From NCBI GenBank assembly GCA_963713975.1, contig OY970218.1, forward strand, positions 3,264,001-3,328,000: a DNA stretch of 64,000 nucleotides. The letters run 5' to 3'. Below the pieces are notes generated by a model. It was not told the DNA's origin and searched no databases. It worked only from the letters and a program-made list of their open reading frames with translations. The DNA is from an uncultured Chloroflexia bacterium (lineage in GTDB: Bacteria; Chloroflexota; Limnocylindria; Limnocylindrales; CSP1-4). The first letter of the stretch is position 1, and each line of letters starts with the position of its first letter. Both the position numbers and the translations under genes were made by a program. Positions 46,061 to 55,821 of this stretch are shown piece after piece.

Positions 46061-47926
46061 TCAGCTCTTGGCGTACCAGTCCTCGCCGTTCCAGGTCGAG
46101 CCGACCTGGGTGCCGTTGGCAAAGAAGTTGCCAGCGGTCGGCGCGGCCAGCTCCACGTTCTTGCGGTAGTAGAGCGGGATCTCGACGGTCTGCTCGACGT
46201 AGACCTTCTGGAAGGTCGCCATCGCGTCCTTGATGAGGCTGAAGTCCACGTTGTTCTTCACGCCGTCAAGGGCCGTGTCGAGGTCCGGGTTGTTGACCTG
46301 GGCGTCGTTGGCGCCCTCGGGCCGGTTCTGGCTGCTGTGATAGCTGAAGTAGTTGCCCAGCGGATCGATCGACGAGCTGAACGCATGCTCGGCAAGGTCG
46401 AAGTTGCTGCGGGCGAGGATGCAGGGGGTATCGACGGTGCCCTCGTTGTAGTCGGCGAAGATCGCCGACGGGTCAACGGCGTTGATCACCGAATCGACGC
46501 CCACGGCCTTCAGCCAGGAACTGACGAGGGCCAGGGTGTCCTGACGGACCTGGCGGGTGGTGGTGCAGAGCTCGATCTTTGCAACGACGCCGTCCTTCTC
46601 GACGATGCCATCGCCATCCGAGTCAGCCCAGCCGCCGTCGGCCAGGATCTGCTTGGCCTTCTCGGGGTCATAGGTCGTCGCGGTCTGGTCCGCATAGAAC
46701 CATGCCGACGGGCTGATGTTGGTGTTCGCGATCTGGGCGTTGCCGCCGAGAAGACGAGTATTGATCTCGTCCTTGTTGATCGCGTAGGCGACGGCCTCGC
46801 GCATGGCCGGGTCGGCCATCGGGCAGCCATTGCCGCGATCGGTGACGGCTGCGTTCTTGGAGCAGCCGCCGGTGCCCTTGGTGGCGTCGACCGCCGTGAT
46901 CGGCGACCAGTTCGGGCGCATGAACTCGTACAGGAGAGCCGGGATGGCGCTGACCTGCTCGCCGAGATCCTGGACCTTCGGGATGTCCGAGTCCTGGAGG
47001 TCGAAGGCAACGTCGATCTCGCCACCGCGGAAGCCCGCGATCATGGCGTCGGGATCGCCGTACCACTTGAAGATGATGCCGTCGAGGTTGGCGGCCTTGC
47101 CGGTGCGCGGGTTCTGGAAGTTGTCGTTGCGGGCGAGCCGGAGCTCGGCCTGCGGGGTGACGGACTCGTACTTGAACGGACCCGGGACCGGCATCTTGGC
47201 GATCTCGTCGGGCCGGAAGCCCGCGCCGTTGACCTGGTCGGCGACCGGGATCGCCCCGAGGTAGTGGCGGGGAAGCGGCGCGATCATGAGGGTCAGGTAG
47301 CCCTCGTAGATCTTGCCGAAGTGCCAGATCATGTCCGTGTCCGAGGCGCACTCGAACTTGGTCACGTCCTCCCAGCCGGCGAGGATCACGCCGACGTTGT
47401 CCGGGCTCGTGACCCACTCGTAGGCGTACAGGAAGTCGTCGCACGTGAGCGGCTCGCCGTCGGACCACTTGAGGCCGTCGCGGATCTTCCAGCTGACGGT
47501 CATCGCGTCGCCGTTCTGGCCGACCGTGACGCCACCGTTGTCGGTGGTCGGGATCGGGTCAGCCGCGAGCTGCGGGATGTACTTGAAGTCGTGGCTGATC
47601 GACAGCAGGCTGTGCCACACGAGCGAGGCGACGTTGGCCTCGGTGACCTGGCCCAGGTAGTACGGGTTGAACTGGGTGGCTTCCTGCCAGTCGCCAATGA
47701 TCGTGGTGCCGCCGGTGGCGACGTCCGTCTCCGGGTTGTAGACCGTCCCGAACAGGTCGACGGTCTCGGCCGGGGCTTCGGTGGCCGGGGCTTCGGTGGC
47801 CGGGGCTTCGGTGGCCGGGGCCACAGTGGCCGGGGCTTCGGTGGCCGGTGCCGGGGTGGTGCTGGTGCCGCCGCAGGCTGCGACCAGAATGGCCGCACCC
47901 GCGAACAGGCCCACCAGTTTTCGCAT
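46061..47926 (-). CDS. Oligopeptide ABC substrate-binding lipoprotein (family 5)
   Basis: LVAAC lipobox, KWSDGEPLT, GPFKY, YDPEKAKQIL; GGAGGAG RBS. Confidence 0.93.
   Translation of the reverse strand: MRKLVGLFAGAAILVAACGGTSTTPAPATEAPATVAPATEAPATEAPATEAPAETVDLFGTVYNPETDVATGGTTIIGDWQEATQFNPYYLGQVTEANVASLVWHSLLSISHDFKYIPQLAADPIPTTDNGGVTVGQNGDAMTVSWKIRDGLKWSDGEPLTCDDFLYAYEWVTSPDNVGVILAGWEDVTKFECASDTDMIWHFGKIYEGYLTLMIAPLPRHYLGAIPVADQVNGAGFRPDEIAKMPVPGPFKYESVTPQAELRLARNDNFQNPRTGKAANLDGIIFKWYGDPDAMIAGFRGGEIDVAFDLQDSDIPKVQDLGEQVSAIPALLYEFMRPNWSPITAVDATKGTGGCSKNAAVTDRGNGCPMADPAMREAVAYAINKDEINTRLLGGNAQIANTNISPSAWFYADQTATTYDPEKAKQILADGGWADSDGDGIVEKDGVVAKIELCTTTRQVRQDTLALVSSWLKAVGVDSVINAVDPSAIFADYNEGTVDTPCILARSNFDLAEHAFSSSIDPLGNYFSYHSSQNRPEGANDAQVNNPDLDTALDGVKNNVDFSLIKDAMATFQKVYVEQTVEIPLYYRKNVELAAPTAGNFFANGTQVGSTWNGEDWYAKS
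47769..47843. repeat. Coding tandem repeat, 5 x 15 bp (PATEA linker)
   Basis: GCCGGGGCTTCGGTG x3, one variant GCCGGGGCCACAGTG, then one more exact copy. Confidence 0.9.
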
Positions 47927-48146
47927 CAAGGCTCCTCCGAGTTGCGCTAGGGGTTTCCTGGACTCTGCTCCCTTGGCAGGCAGGATGGCCGGGTCTCCCG
48001 GACGGGGGTCCGGGCCACCGGAACCGGGCGTGCGCATGCGCGCACGCCGCGGCGGCCAGCCGGCTGCTCTCTCGCAAAGATCGCCTACCGCGATACGAGT
48101 GTCAAATCCGCCCCCGGGGCAACTGGGCCGCGACCGGTCCCAGGCC

Positions 48147-48695
48147 CTACTGCGGCTCGAGCTCGCGCGCGGCGGCGTCGCTGGCGGGCACCTCCTTCCA
48201 GGGCCTTGTCAGGCCCTCCGGATAGCGGGGCGGGAGGGACCCGATCGCGACCACGTGGGCCACGTCGGGTCGAGCTGCGAGACGCTGTTCGGCCTCCCTC
48301 CAGGCCATGGTTGTCGCGGGAGGGACGGATGCACCGGCGTCGGTTGGTGCGGGGTCGTGCCGGATGCCAGGCTGGGGAAAGACGAGCATGACGGCCAGGA
48401 CCGCGCCGGTCGCGAGGCTCCCCAGCTGCAGCCGCCATGCCCATGGGCCCCGATGGCGGACCGGAGGGACCGGCGCACGCGTGGCCAATCGGGGAACAGG
48501 GAGCGCCCGGTAGGTCGTTCCGGCGCGGCGGAGCGCCGCGATCGTGAGCGCAAGCTCCGTCAACTCGTGCTCACACGATGGGCAACCGGCCATATGGTCC
48601 AGGGCCTCCGCGGTGGCCGGCCCTCGCTCGCCGCGGTCCACGAGGTCCACGAGCACCGGCCGGTGCCACCGGCAGCCGGTCTTGGGGCCGATCAC
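48147..48695 (-). CDS. Putative zinc-binding anti-sigma factor
   Basis: HxxxCxxC (HMAGCPSC), one TM segment, GTGA overlap with the ECF sigma stop. Confidence 0.7.
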   Translation of the reverse strand: MIGPKTGCRWHRPVLVDLVDRGERGPATAEALDHMAGCPSCEHELTELALTIAALRRAGTTYRALPVPRLATRAPVPPVRHRGPWAWRLQLGSLATGAVLAVMLVFPQPGIRHDPAPTDAGASVPPATTMAWREAEQRLAARPDVAHVVAIGSLPPRYPEGLTRPWKEVPASDAAARELEPQ

Positions 48696-49309
48696 GGGCC
48701 CGACTCGGCGACGTCCGGCGCCGCGGGGGGCTCGGCGGCCACCTCACCCCACGCGCCGCCGAAGCGGCGGTCCTCGCTCAACCGGCCCCGCAGGTCCCGC
48801 AGCGCGTGGTGGACGCGGCTCTTCACCGTCCCCAGAGGGAGACCGAGCGCGTCGGCGGTCTCCTGGAGCGAGCGGCCCTCCAGGTAGTAGAGGACGACCA
48901 CGGCCCTGTGCTTGGGCGACAGGCCGGCGATCCCCTCGCGCACGATCACGCGGAGCTCCGCCCACTCGGCATTGACGGCCGGGCCGGCGGTCGCATCCTC
49001 GAGCCGGTCGGCCACGAGATCCGTCACCGGCTGGCTGGGCAGGCGCCGGCGGCCCAACCGCGAGTAGCACAGGTTGAGCGCGACCTTGTGCAGCCACGGC
49101 AGGGGCGAGACGTCCTGGTGCAGCCGCCGGCGGTGCAGGTAGGCGCGACCGAAGGTGTCCATGACGACCTCCTCGGAGGCGCCGGGGTCACCGGTCAGCG
49201 AGAGGGCAACCCGGTACACCGACACGCGGTGGCGCTCGAACAGCGCGGCAAAGGCGTCGGCGTCGCCGTCTGCCATGCGGCGCAGCAGATCGGCGTCGAT
49301 CGAGGGCAC
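48692..49309 (-). CDS. ECF RNA polymerase sigma factor
   Basis: GDADAFAALF, WLHKVALN, region 4 SLQETADALGLPLGTVKSR. Start uncertain; the frame is open to ATG 49408. Confidence 0.9.
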   Translation of the reverse strand: MPSIDADLLRRMADGDADAFAALFERHRVSVYRVALSLTGDPGASEEVVMDTFGRAYLHRRRLHQDVSPLPWLHKVALNLCYSRLGRRRLPSQPVTDLVADRLEDATAGPAVNAEWAELRVIVREGIAGLSPKHRAVVVLYYLEGRSLQETADALGLPLGTVKSRVHHALRDLRGRLSEDRRFGGAWGEVAAEPPAAPDVAESGP

Positions 49310-49420
49310 GCGCGGCCTGGACGTGGTCTCGCTATTGATCTTGGACTCTCCGTGCGCGTCAAGGCTCCGGTTGGACCACGATACCGCTCGGGGCCGCCGC
49401 GGGTTCATTCGCGCTCCAGG

Positions 49421-50920
49421 TCAGTCGGGACAGGGCGTCTGGGTGCCGGTCATCCCCCGCCAGCGGAGGTTCGGCTGCCTGGCCGCCGTCGCCTCATCGA
49501 GCCGGCGCACCGGGGCGGCGTGTGGGGCCGACTGCACGAGATCCGGGTCCGTGTCGGCCTCGCGGGCGATCTCGATCAGGGCGTCGGCGAAGGCATCGAG
49601 CGTCTCGAGCGACTCCGTCTCGGTGGGCTCGATGAGCATCGCCTCCTCGACCGTGAGCGGGAAGTAGATCGTCGGCGGGTGATAGCCCTTGTCGATCAGC
49701 CGCTTCGCGATGTCCAGCGTGCGCACGCCGGTCCGGCGCTTGATGTCGGCCGCGGAGGCCACGAACTCGTGCTTGCACGCGCGGTCGAAGGGAACCTGGT
49801 AGGTGTCCCGCAGCCGGGCCTTGAGGTAGTTCGCGGCGAGGACCGCGTCGTCGCTCACCTCGCACAGGCCCGACGCACCGTGGGCGCGGAGATAGGCGTA
49901 GGCGCGGACGAGCACGCCGGTGCTGCCCACGAACGAGCGCATCCTCCCGATGGACGTGGGACGCTCCCCGGTCCGTTCCAGGCGGAAGGAGCCGTCGACC
50001 TCGCGGAGCACGCGGGGTGCGGGCAGGAACGGCTCCAGGACCGCGCGGACGCCGACCGGACCCGCGCCCGGGCCGCCACCCCCGTGGGGCGTGCTGAACG
50101 TCTTGTGGACGTTGAAGTGCATGACGTCGAACCCCGCCTCGCCGGGCCGGAAGCGGCCGAGGATGGCGTTGAGGTTTGCCCCGTCCATGTAGGCCAGGGC
50201 GCCCGCGGCGTGGGTCGCCTCGAGCAGCTCGCCGATCCGCCGCTCGAACAGCCCGAGCGTGGATGGGTTGGTGATCATGATCGCGGCCGTCTTCGGGCCC
50301 AGCGCCGCCCTGAAGGCGTCGAGGTCGACGCCACCATCCGGGGCGGACGGGATCGTGATGGTGCGGAAGCCGGCCATCGTCGCGGTCGCCGGGTTGGTGC
50401 CATGGGACGAGTCGGGCACGAGGACCTCGTCCCGGTCCGTGTCGCCGCGTGACCGGTGGTAGGCGCGGATCATCAGGATCCCGGTCAGCTCGCCGTGGGC
50501 GCCCGCCGCGGGCTGGAGCGTGACGGCGTCCATGCCGCTGATCTCGGCAAGCAGCGCCTCAAGCTCGTGCAGGAGCTGGAGCGTGCCCTGCGCCGCAGCA
50601 TCGGGCGCCATCGGGTGGAGGCCGGCAAACCCGGGCAGGCGCGCGGCCCACTCGTTGAGCTTGGGGTTGTACTTCATGGTGCACGAGCCCAGCGGGTAGA
50701 AGCCCGTGTCCACCGAGTAGTTGAGCTGGGACAGGTTGACGTAGTGGCGGACGACCTCGGGCTCCGCGAGCTCGGGCAGGGCCGGGGCCGTGGACCGCAG
50801 TGCGGCGGCCGGGATCCGGTCCAGGGCATGCGCGGGAGGGTGCGGGATCTTGCCGCCTCCCCGGCCGGGCCGGCTGCGCTCGAAGATCGTGGGCTGGAGC
50901 CGCTCGCCGACCACGCTCAC
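49421..50920 (-). CDS. gcvPB: Glycine decarboxylase subunit 2
   Basis: YPLGSCTMKYNP, QPAAGAHGE, HGTNPA, HKTFSTPHGGGGPG. Confidence 0.97.
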   Translation of the reverse strand: MSVVGERLQPTIFERSRPGRGGGKIPHPPAHALDRIPAAALRSTAPALPELAEPEVVRHYVNLSQLNYSVDTGFYPLGSCTMKYNPKLNEWAARLPGFAGLHPMAPDAAAQGTLQLLHELEALLAEISGMDAVTLQPAAGAHGELTGILMIRAYHRSRGDTDRDEVLVPDSSHGTNPATATMAGFRTITIPSAPDGGVDLDAFRAALGPKTAAIMITNPSTLGLFERRIGELLEATHAAGALAYMDGANLNAILGRFRPGEAGFDVMHFNVHKTFSTPHGGGGPGAGPVGVRAVLEPFLPAPRVLREVDGSFRLERTGERPTSIGRMRSFVGSTGVLVRAYAYLRAHGASGLCEVSDDAVLAANYLKARLRDTYQVPFDRACKHEFVASAADIKRRTGVRTLDIAKRLIDKGYHPPTIYFPLTVEEAMLIEPTETESLETLDAFADALIEIAREADTDPDLVQSAPHAAPVRRLDEATAARQPNLRWRGMTGTQTPCPD

Positions 50921-52302
50921 CGGTCACCTCCCGTCGTGGGGGTCGCCAGCTCCGCCGCGAGCGCGGCGGCGAAGCGATCGATCTCCTCGCCTGTCGTGAC
51001 CTCGGTCGCGCAGACGAGGAGGCCGTCGGCCAGGGCCGGCTCGTCCGGGAGGATCTCCGCCGTGGGTATGCCGGCCAGGATCCCGTGATCCAGGAGCCGG
51101 GCGTGGACCGCCCGGGCATCGGGGACCCGGACCACGAACTCATTGAGGTACGGGCCGTCGTGCATCCGGGGCGCACCGGCCGCGTCGAGTGCCGCCACGA
51201 GCTCGGCCGCCCGTGCGGCACCGTTCGCGGCCACGTCGCGCAGCCCGTGGGGACCGATCGCCGCCAGGTAGATCGACGCCGCCAGTGCGAGCAGCGCCTG
51301 GTTGGTGCAGATGTTGCTGGCAGCCTTCTCGCGCCGGATGTCCTGCTCACGCGCGCGCATGGTCATGACGAAGGCGCGCCTGCCGTCCAGGTCCTGCGTG
51401 AGACCCACGAGACGCCCCGGGATCTGGCGGACGAGGGCGTCGGTACAGGCCACGATCCCGAGATATGGACCGCCGTACTGGAGCGGGATCCCGAGCGGCT
51501 GGCCTTCACCCGCAGCGATGTCGGCACCGTACTCCCCGGGCGGCGCCAGCACGGCGAGCGACACCGGCTCGATCACGCTCACGAACAGGGCACCGGCCGC
51601 ATGCGCGAGGCCGCCGATCTCTGGCATCGCCTCGAGGAGGCCCAGCACGTTGGGCTGGGCTGCGACCACGCCCGCCACTGGCCGGTCAGCCTCAAGCAGC
51701 ATCCGCTGGAGCGACTCCAGGTCCGTCGTACCGGCCAGCCGCCCGCCGGCGACCAGGGGCACCTCATCCACGGTGAGGCCGGCGCCTTCGGCATACGTCT
51801 CGAGCACCTGCCGGTAGTGCGGGTGAACCGCCCGGGACACGAGGATCCGCTCCCGCCGAGTTGCCCGGCAGGTCATCAGGGCAGCCTCGGCGGTCGCCGC
51901 CCCGCCGTCGTAGTGGGAGGCGGAGACCACGTCCAGGCCGGTCAGCGTCGCGAGCAGGCTCTGGTATTCGTAGATGCTCTGGAGCGTGCCCTGGGACACC
52001 TCCGGCTGGTAAGGCGTGTAGGCCGTGTACCACTCGCCGCGGAGCAGCATCTGGTCGACGGCGGCAGGCGTCCAGTGGCGGTAGGCGCCGGCGCCCAGGA
52101 AGGAGGCGAGGTCCACCCGGTTGCGCCCGGCCAGTGCCTGGAGGCGGGCCGCCAGGAGCAGCTCCGGCTCGGGCTCGTCCAGGTCCAGGGGTCCTGCCCG
52201 CAGGGCCTCGGGGATGTCCTCGAACAGCTCGTCAACGGTGGCGATCCCGATCGCCTCGAGCATCCGCGCCCGATCGTCGGCCGCGTGCGGGCCGTACGGC
52301 AT
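50917..52302 (-). CDS. gcvPA: Glycine decarboxylase subunit 1
   Basis: TAYTPYQPEVSQG, YGGP, REQDIRREKAASNICTNQ. Confidence 0.97.
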   Translation of the reverse strand: MPYGPHAADDRARMLEAIGIATVDELFEDIPEALRAGPLDLDEPEPELLLAARLQALAGRNRVDLASFLGAGAYRHWTPAAVDQMLLRGEWYTAYTPYQPEVSQGTLQSIYEYQSLLATLTGLDVVSASHYDGGAATAEAALMTCRATRRERILVSRAVHPHYRQVLETYAEGAGLTVDEVPLVAGGRLAGTTDLESLQRMLLEADRPVAGVVAAQPNVLGLLEAMPEIGGLAHAAGALFVSVIEPVSLAVLAPPGEYGADIAAGEGQPLGIPLQYGGPYLGIVACTDALVRQIPGRLVGLTQDLDGRRAFVMTMRAREQDIRREKAASNICTNQALLALAASIYLAAIGPHGLRDVAANGAARAAELVAALDAAGAPRMHDGPYLNEFVVRVPDARAVHARLLDHGILAGIPTAEILPDEPALADGLLVCATEVTTGEEIDRFAAALAAELATPTTGGDR

Positions 52303-52305
52303 CGA

Positions 52306-52686
52306 TCAGCCCTCGGAGACGAGCTGCTCGTATGCATTGGCGTCGAGGAGCCCATCGACCTCGGACGCGTCGGCCGGGCTCAGCCGGAGCATCCAGCCCT
52401 CGCCGTACGGATCGCTGTTGACCAGCTCCGGTCGGTCGGCGAGCGCCTCGTTGGTGGCCTTGACCTCACCAGCCAGGGGGGCGAACAGGTCGCTCACGGC
52501 CTTGACCGACTCGACGACCCCGAAGGTCGCGTTGCTTTCCAGCGATCGGCCGGTGGCGGGCAGCTCGACGAACACGATGTCGCCCAGCTGGTCGGCGGCG
52601 AACTGGGTGATGCCCACGACGGCCTCGTCGCCGTCCATGCGGACCCACTCGTGCTCCTTGGTATAGCGCAGGTCGCCGGGGACCAT
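52306..52686 (-). CDS. gcvH: Glycine cleavage H protein
   Basis: YTKEHEW, VESVKAVSD (lipoyl-Lys), NSDPYGEGW; GGAGG RBS. Confidence 0.97.
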   Translation of the reverse strand: MVPGDLRYTKEHEWVRMDGDEAVVGITQFAADQLGDIVFVELPATGRSLESNATFGVVESVKAVSDLFAPLAGEVKATNEALADRPELVNSDPYGEGWMLRLSPADASEVDGLLDANAYEQLVSEG

Positions 52687-52774
52687 CAGGACGGTACCTC
52701 CGATAGCGCGCCGCCCCGGCGGGGAGCGACGCAGGCGCGGTGCAATTGCGGTGGTGCGGAGATGGCGCCGGACG

Positions 52775-53887
52775 TCAGGCGGGCCGCTGGTAGAACGGGA
52801 GCTGGACGACCTCGGCGGCCACCCGGGCGCCGCGGATCTCGACGTCGAGCATCGTACCGGGTTCGCCATTGCCGGGTGTGACGTACGCCATCGCGATGGC
52901 GGTACCGAGGGTCGGCGACATCGTCCCCGACGTTACCGTGCCGATGGGTCCGCTCGCATCGAGGACCGGGTAGCCGTGTCGCGCGATCCCTCGCCCCCTC
53001 AGGGCCAGGCCCACCAGCCTGCGGGCCACGCCGTCCCGGGCGATCCTGTCCAGCGCGGACCGGCCGGTGAACTCACCCGGCTTGGCCAGCTTGACCACAC
53101 GACCCAGGCCGGCCTCGTAGGGATTCGTGGTGAGGTCGAGCTCGTTGCCGTAGAGCGGCATCCCGGCCTCCAGCCGCAAGGTGTCGCGGGCGCCGAGGCC
53201 CACGGGCACGAGGCCGTGCGGCCGGCCGGCGTCGAGCACCGTGTCCCAGGCATCGCCGGCCTGCTTCTCGTCGAGGAACAGCTCGAATCCATCCTCCCCG
53301 GTGTAGCCCGTTCGGGCGATCAGCGCCGGGGTCCCGGCGACATGTCCCTCGACGATCCCGTAGTACCGGATCGAGGCGAGGTCGACGTCCGTCAGTGGCT
53401 GCAGGATGTCGACGGAGCGCGGGCCCTGCACCGCGACCAGGCCGGTCGCCAGGCTGGTGTCATCCAGCACCGCCCCAAAGCCATCCAGCCGCTCGATGAG
53501 GGCGTCGGAGACCACCGCGGCGTTGGAGGCGTTGGCCACGACCATGAACCGGTCCTCGGCCAGGCGGTACACGATCAGGTCGTCCAGGATCCCGCCGTCG
53601 GGGGCGCAGATCATCGAGTAGTGTGCGCGTCCCACGGCGAGCGAGGGCGGATCGGTCACAAGCGCAGCGGCGAGGGACTTGCCGGCGTCCGGACCCTCCA
53701 CGACCAGCTCGCCCATGTGGGAGAGGTCGAACAGGCCGGCGGCCGAGCGAACGGCGCGGTGCTCCTCGAGGATGCCCGCGTAGGAGATCGGCATGAGCCA
53801 GCCCGCGAACTCGACGATCCTGGCCCCGAGCGCCACGTGGCGGTCCAGGAGCGGCGTCGGGATCGGCCCGGGCTGTGTTCCCGTCAT
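52775..53887 (-). CDS. gcvT: Glycine cleavage aminomethyltransferase
   Basis: FAGWLMP, FDLSHMG, RTGYTGEDGFE, GLGARDTLRLEAG. Confidence 0.97.
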   Translation of the reverse strand: MTGTQPGPIPTPLLDRHVALGARIVEFAGWLMPISYAGILEEHRAVRSAAGLFDLSHMGELVVEGPDAGKSLAAALVTDPPSLAVGRAHYSMICAPDGGILDDLIVYRLAEDRFMVVANASNAAVVSDALIERLDGFGAVLDDTSLATGLVAVQGPRSVDILQPLTDVDLASIRYYGIVEGHVAGTPALIARTGYTGEDGFELFLDEKQAGDAWDTVLDAGRPHGLVPVGLGARDTLRLEAGMPLYGNELDLTTNPYEAGLGRVVKLAKPGEFTGRSALDRIARDGVARRLVGLALRGRGIARHGYPVLDASGPIGTVTSGTMSPTLGTAIAMAYVTPGNGEPGTMLDVEIRGARVAAEVVQLPFYQRPA

Positions 53888-54489
53888 GGCGTGGGCTCCT
53901 CGCGCAGGGGCGCATCCGAAAACGCGCCATCCGTGGCCGCCACGAGGGCCCGGGCCACGAGCGCTCGCTCCGTCTCGAAGGTCAGGAGCGTCGATGCCTC
54001 GTCGAACCCGACCCACCGGACCTCGTCGAACTCGTGATCGTGGCGTCCGAGGTCGCCGCCGGTCGGGATCATCAGGAAGTAGTGCACGGTCTTGTGGATC
54101 CGCGTCCGCCCCTGCACGAAGCTGTACTCGATCGAGTCGAAGGGCCGGATGATCCGGACCTCGAGGCCGGATTCCTCGCGCACCTCGCGGACCGCGGTCT
54201 CCTCCCGTGTCTCGCCACCGTTCGGGGTCCCCTTGGGCAGCGTCCAGGTCATGGTGTCGCGCTCGCGCACGCGCTTGCCGACCACCAGCTGGGGGGCTTC
54301 CTCGATGAATCGGACGACGATGCCACCGGCGGAGGTGGCGGTGGCCTGCCTCAGGCGCGCCACGCCGGCGCCAGAGAGGGTCGGGGCGGGCCGCTGCCAC
54401 GACTCGAGCTCGTCCAGGACATCGTCGTCGCCGGCTTCGGTCGCCCGCTGCGTACCGGCCGCGCCGGTGCGCAGATCAGCGTGCGCCAC
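53884..54489 (-). CDS. NUDIX hydrolase
   Basis: SAGG, LPKG and Nudix box G..NGGETREETAVREVREESG. Start uncertain (alternative GTG 54363). Confidence 0.88.
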   Translation of the reverse strand: MAHADLRTGAAGTQRATEAGDDDVLDELESWQRPAPTLSGAGVARLRQATATSAGGIVVRFIEEAPQLVVGKRVRERDTMTWTLPKGTPNGGETREETAVREVREESGLEVRIIRPFDSIEYSFVQGRTRIHKTVHYFLMIPTGGDLGRHDHEFDEVRWVGFDEASTLLTFETERALVARALVAATDGAFSDAPLREEPTP

Positions 54490-54685
54490 GGGGCTTGCAG
54501 CGCCGTCATGAGCCCCACGTTGGGACTGCGGAGGACCGTGCGATGGCTCGTCGCTGCGGCGAACGAGGGGCCGGCGTGCAGCCCGAGGCGCCGCTCACGG
54601 GCCCGGGTACCCGGGTGGACATACTGGGCCGGCCACGCCGCATGGCGAGCGACGATGCTGTGCTGCATGCCCGCATCGTACCGCG

Positions 54686-55747
54686 TCACGGGTCGGCTGC
54701 AAGTGCAGCCGCGAGCCGGTCCGCAGCTTCCGGTGACAGCACGCCCCGCGCATTGGCGAGCGGGATCGATCGCGCCACCAGCGCCCGGTACACGGGCAGC
54801 GCGCCAGGGGCGCCCGACGCGAGCGCCGCGAGATGCGCCTCGATCGTGCCTGCGTCGCCACGCGTGACCGGGCCCGTCAGGGCCCCCGCGATGCCCAGCG
54901 CACGCGCGTTGGCAACGGTCTGCTCGAGGAGGGGCACGTAGACCTGCAGAGTGCCGTGCTCGTCCAGGCCCATCACGGCCGCGATCTCGCGGATCGTGTC
55001 CAGCAGCGCCGTGACGCCACCCGCCGCCAGGACCGCTGCGGCGTGGTAGGCGGCCTTGGAGCCCGGAGCCAGGCGGACTGCAACCCCACCGATGGCGGCG
55101 GCCATGTCGGCCAGGTGCGCGACCAGGTCGTCGTCCCCCTCGATGGCGATCGTCGCCCCGGCGAGCGACGCGAGCGCACGATCGAGGTCCGCGAACGCCA
55201 CCAGGGGGTGGAACGCGCCGGCCTGGCTGCCCGCGCCGAGGGCCGGGTAGAGCACCTCGGCGCCCAGGAGGCCGCTCGTGTGGACGATGGCCTGGCCCGC
55301 GTACAGGCGGAGCGACGCCGCCAGCGGTGCCACCACGTCGTCCGGCACCGCCAGGATCACGAGCTCCACGTCGTCCACCAGCGCGGTGGCCTCGGCGAAC
55401 CCCCGGGCCGACCCGACATGGGCCCGGAACCGCTCCCGGCGCGCAGCATCACGCGATGCCACCGCCCCCACCGGCCAGCCGGCCCGGTCGAGGGCGACAC
55501 CGAGGGCGAGACCCACCGCGCCGGCTCCGACGATGCCCACGACCGGCCGCTCGCCGGGTTCGGAGTGGGCGTGCGGATGCTCGTGGTCGCTGTCGTGCTC
55601 GAGGTCCTCATGGCGGTGGCGGCCGGGAAGGGCCGGATCGAGGTTGATCCCCTCCTCCTCGAGCGCGCGCAGCGTCTCGGCGTCCTCAGCGGCACGGCGT
55701 TCGGCACGCTCGCGAAGGATGTCGTCGGCGCGGTCCCAGGCCCTCAT
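54686..55747 (-). CDS. Rossmann-like + DUF2520 oxidoreductase (PanG-like) with His-rich N-terminal extension
   Basis: VGAGAVG, AVPDD, HTSG, FHPL, YHAAAV, LTGPVTRGD. Confidence 0.85.
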   Translation of the reverse strand: MRAWDRADDILRERAERRAAEDAETLRALEEEGINLDPALPGRHRHEDLEHDSDHEHPHAHSEPGERPVVGIVGAGAVGLALGVALDRAGWPVGAVASRDAARRERFRAHVGSARGFAEATALVDDVELVILAVPDDVVAPLAASLRLYAGQAIVHTSGLLGAEVLYPALGAGSQAGAFHPLVAFADLDRALASLAGATIAIEGDDDLVAHLADMAAAIGGVAVRLAPGSKAAYHAAAVLAAGGVTALLDTIREIAAVMGLDEHGTLQVYVPLLEQTVANARALGIAGALTGPVTRGDAGTIEAHLAALASGAPGALPVYRALVARSIPLANARGVLSPEAADRLAAALAADP

Positions 55748-55779
55748 CGGGTACCGATGCCCCCCGAGCCAGGACCCGC

Positions 55780-55821
55780 GCGGTATGCTTCCATGCAGCG
55801 GCGGTATGCTTCCATGCAGCG
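55780..55821. repeat. Perfect 21-bp tandem duplication in a divergent promoter region
   Basis: GCGGTATGCTTCCATGCAGCG at 55780-55800 and 55801-55821. Confidence 0.9.

Noticed and set aside
47769-47843. Possible CRISPR array
   Set aside because: 15-bp units with no spacers, in frame within a CDS, and no cas genes in the window.
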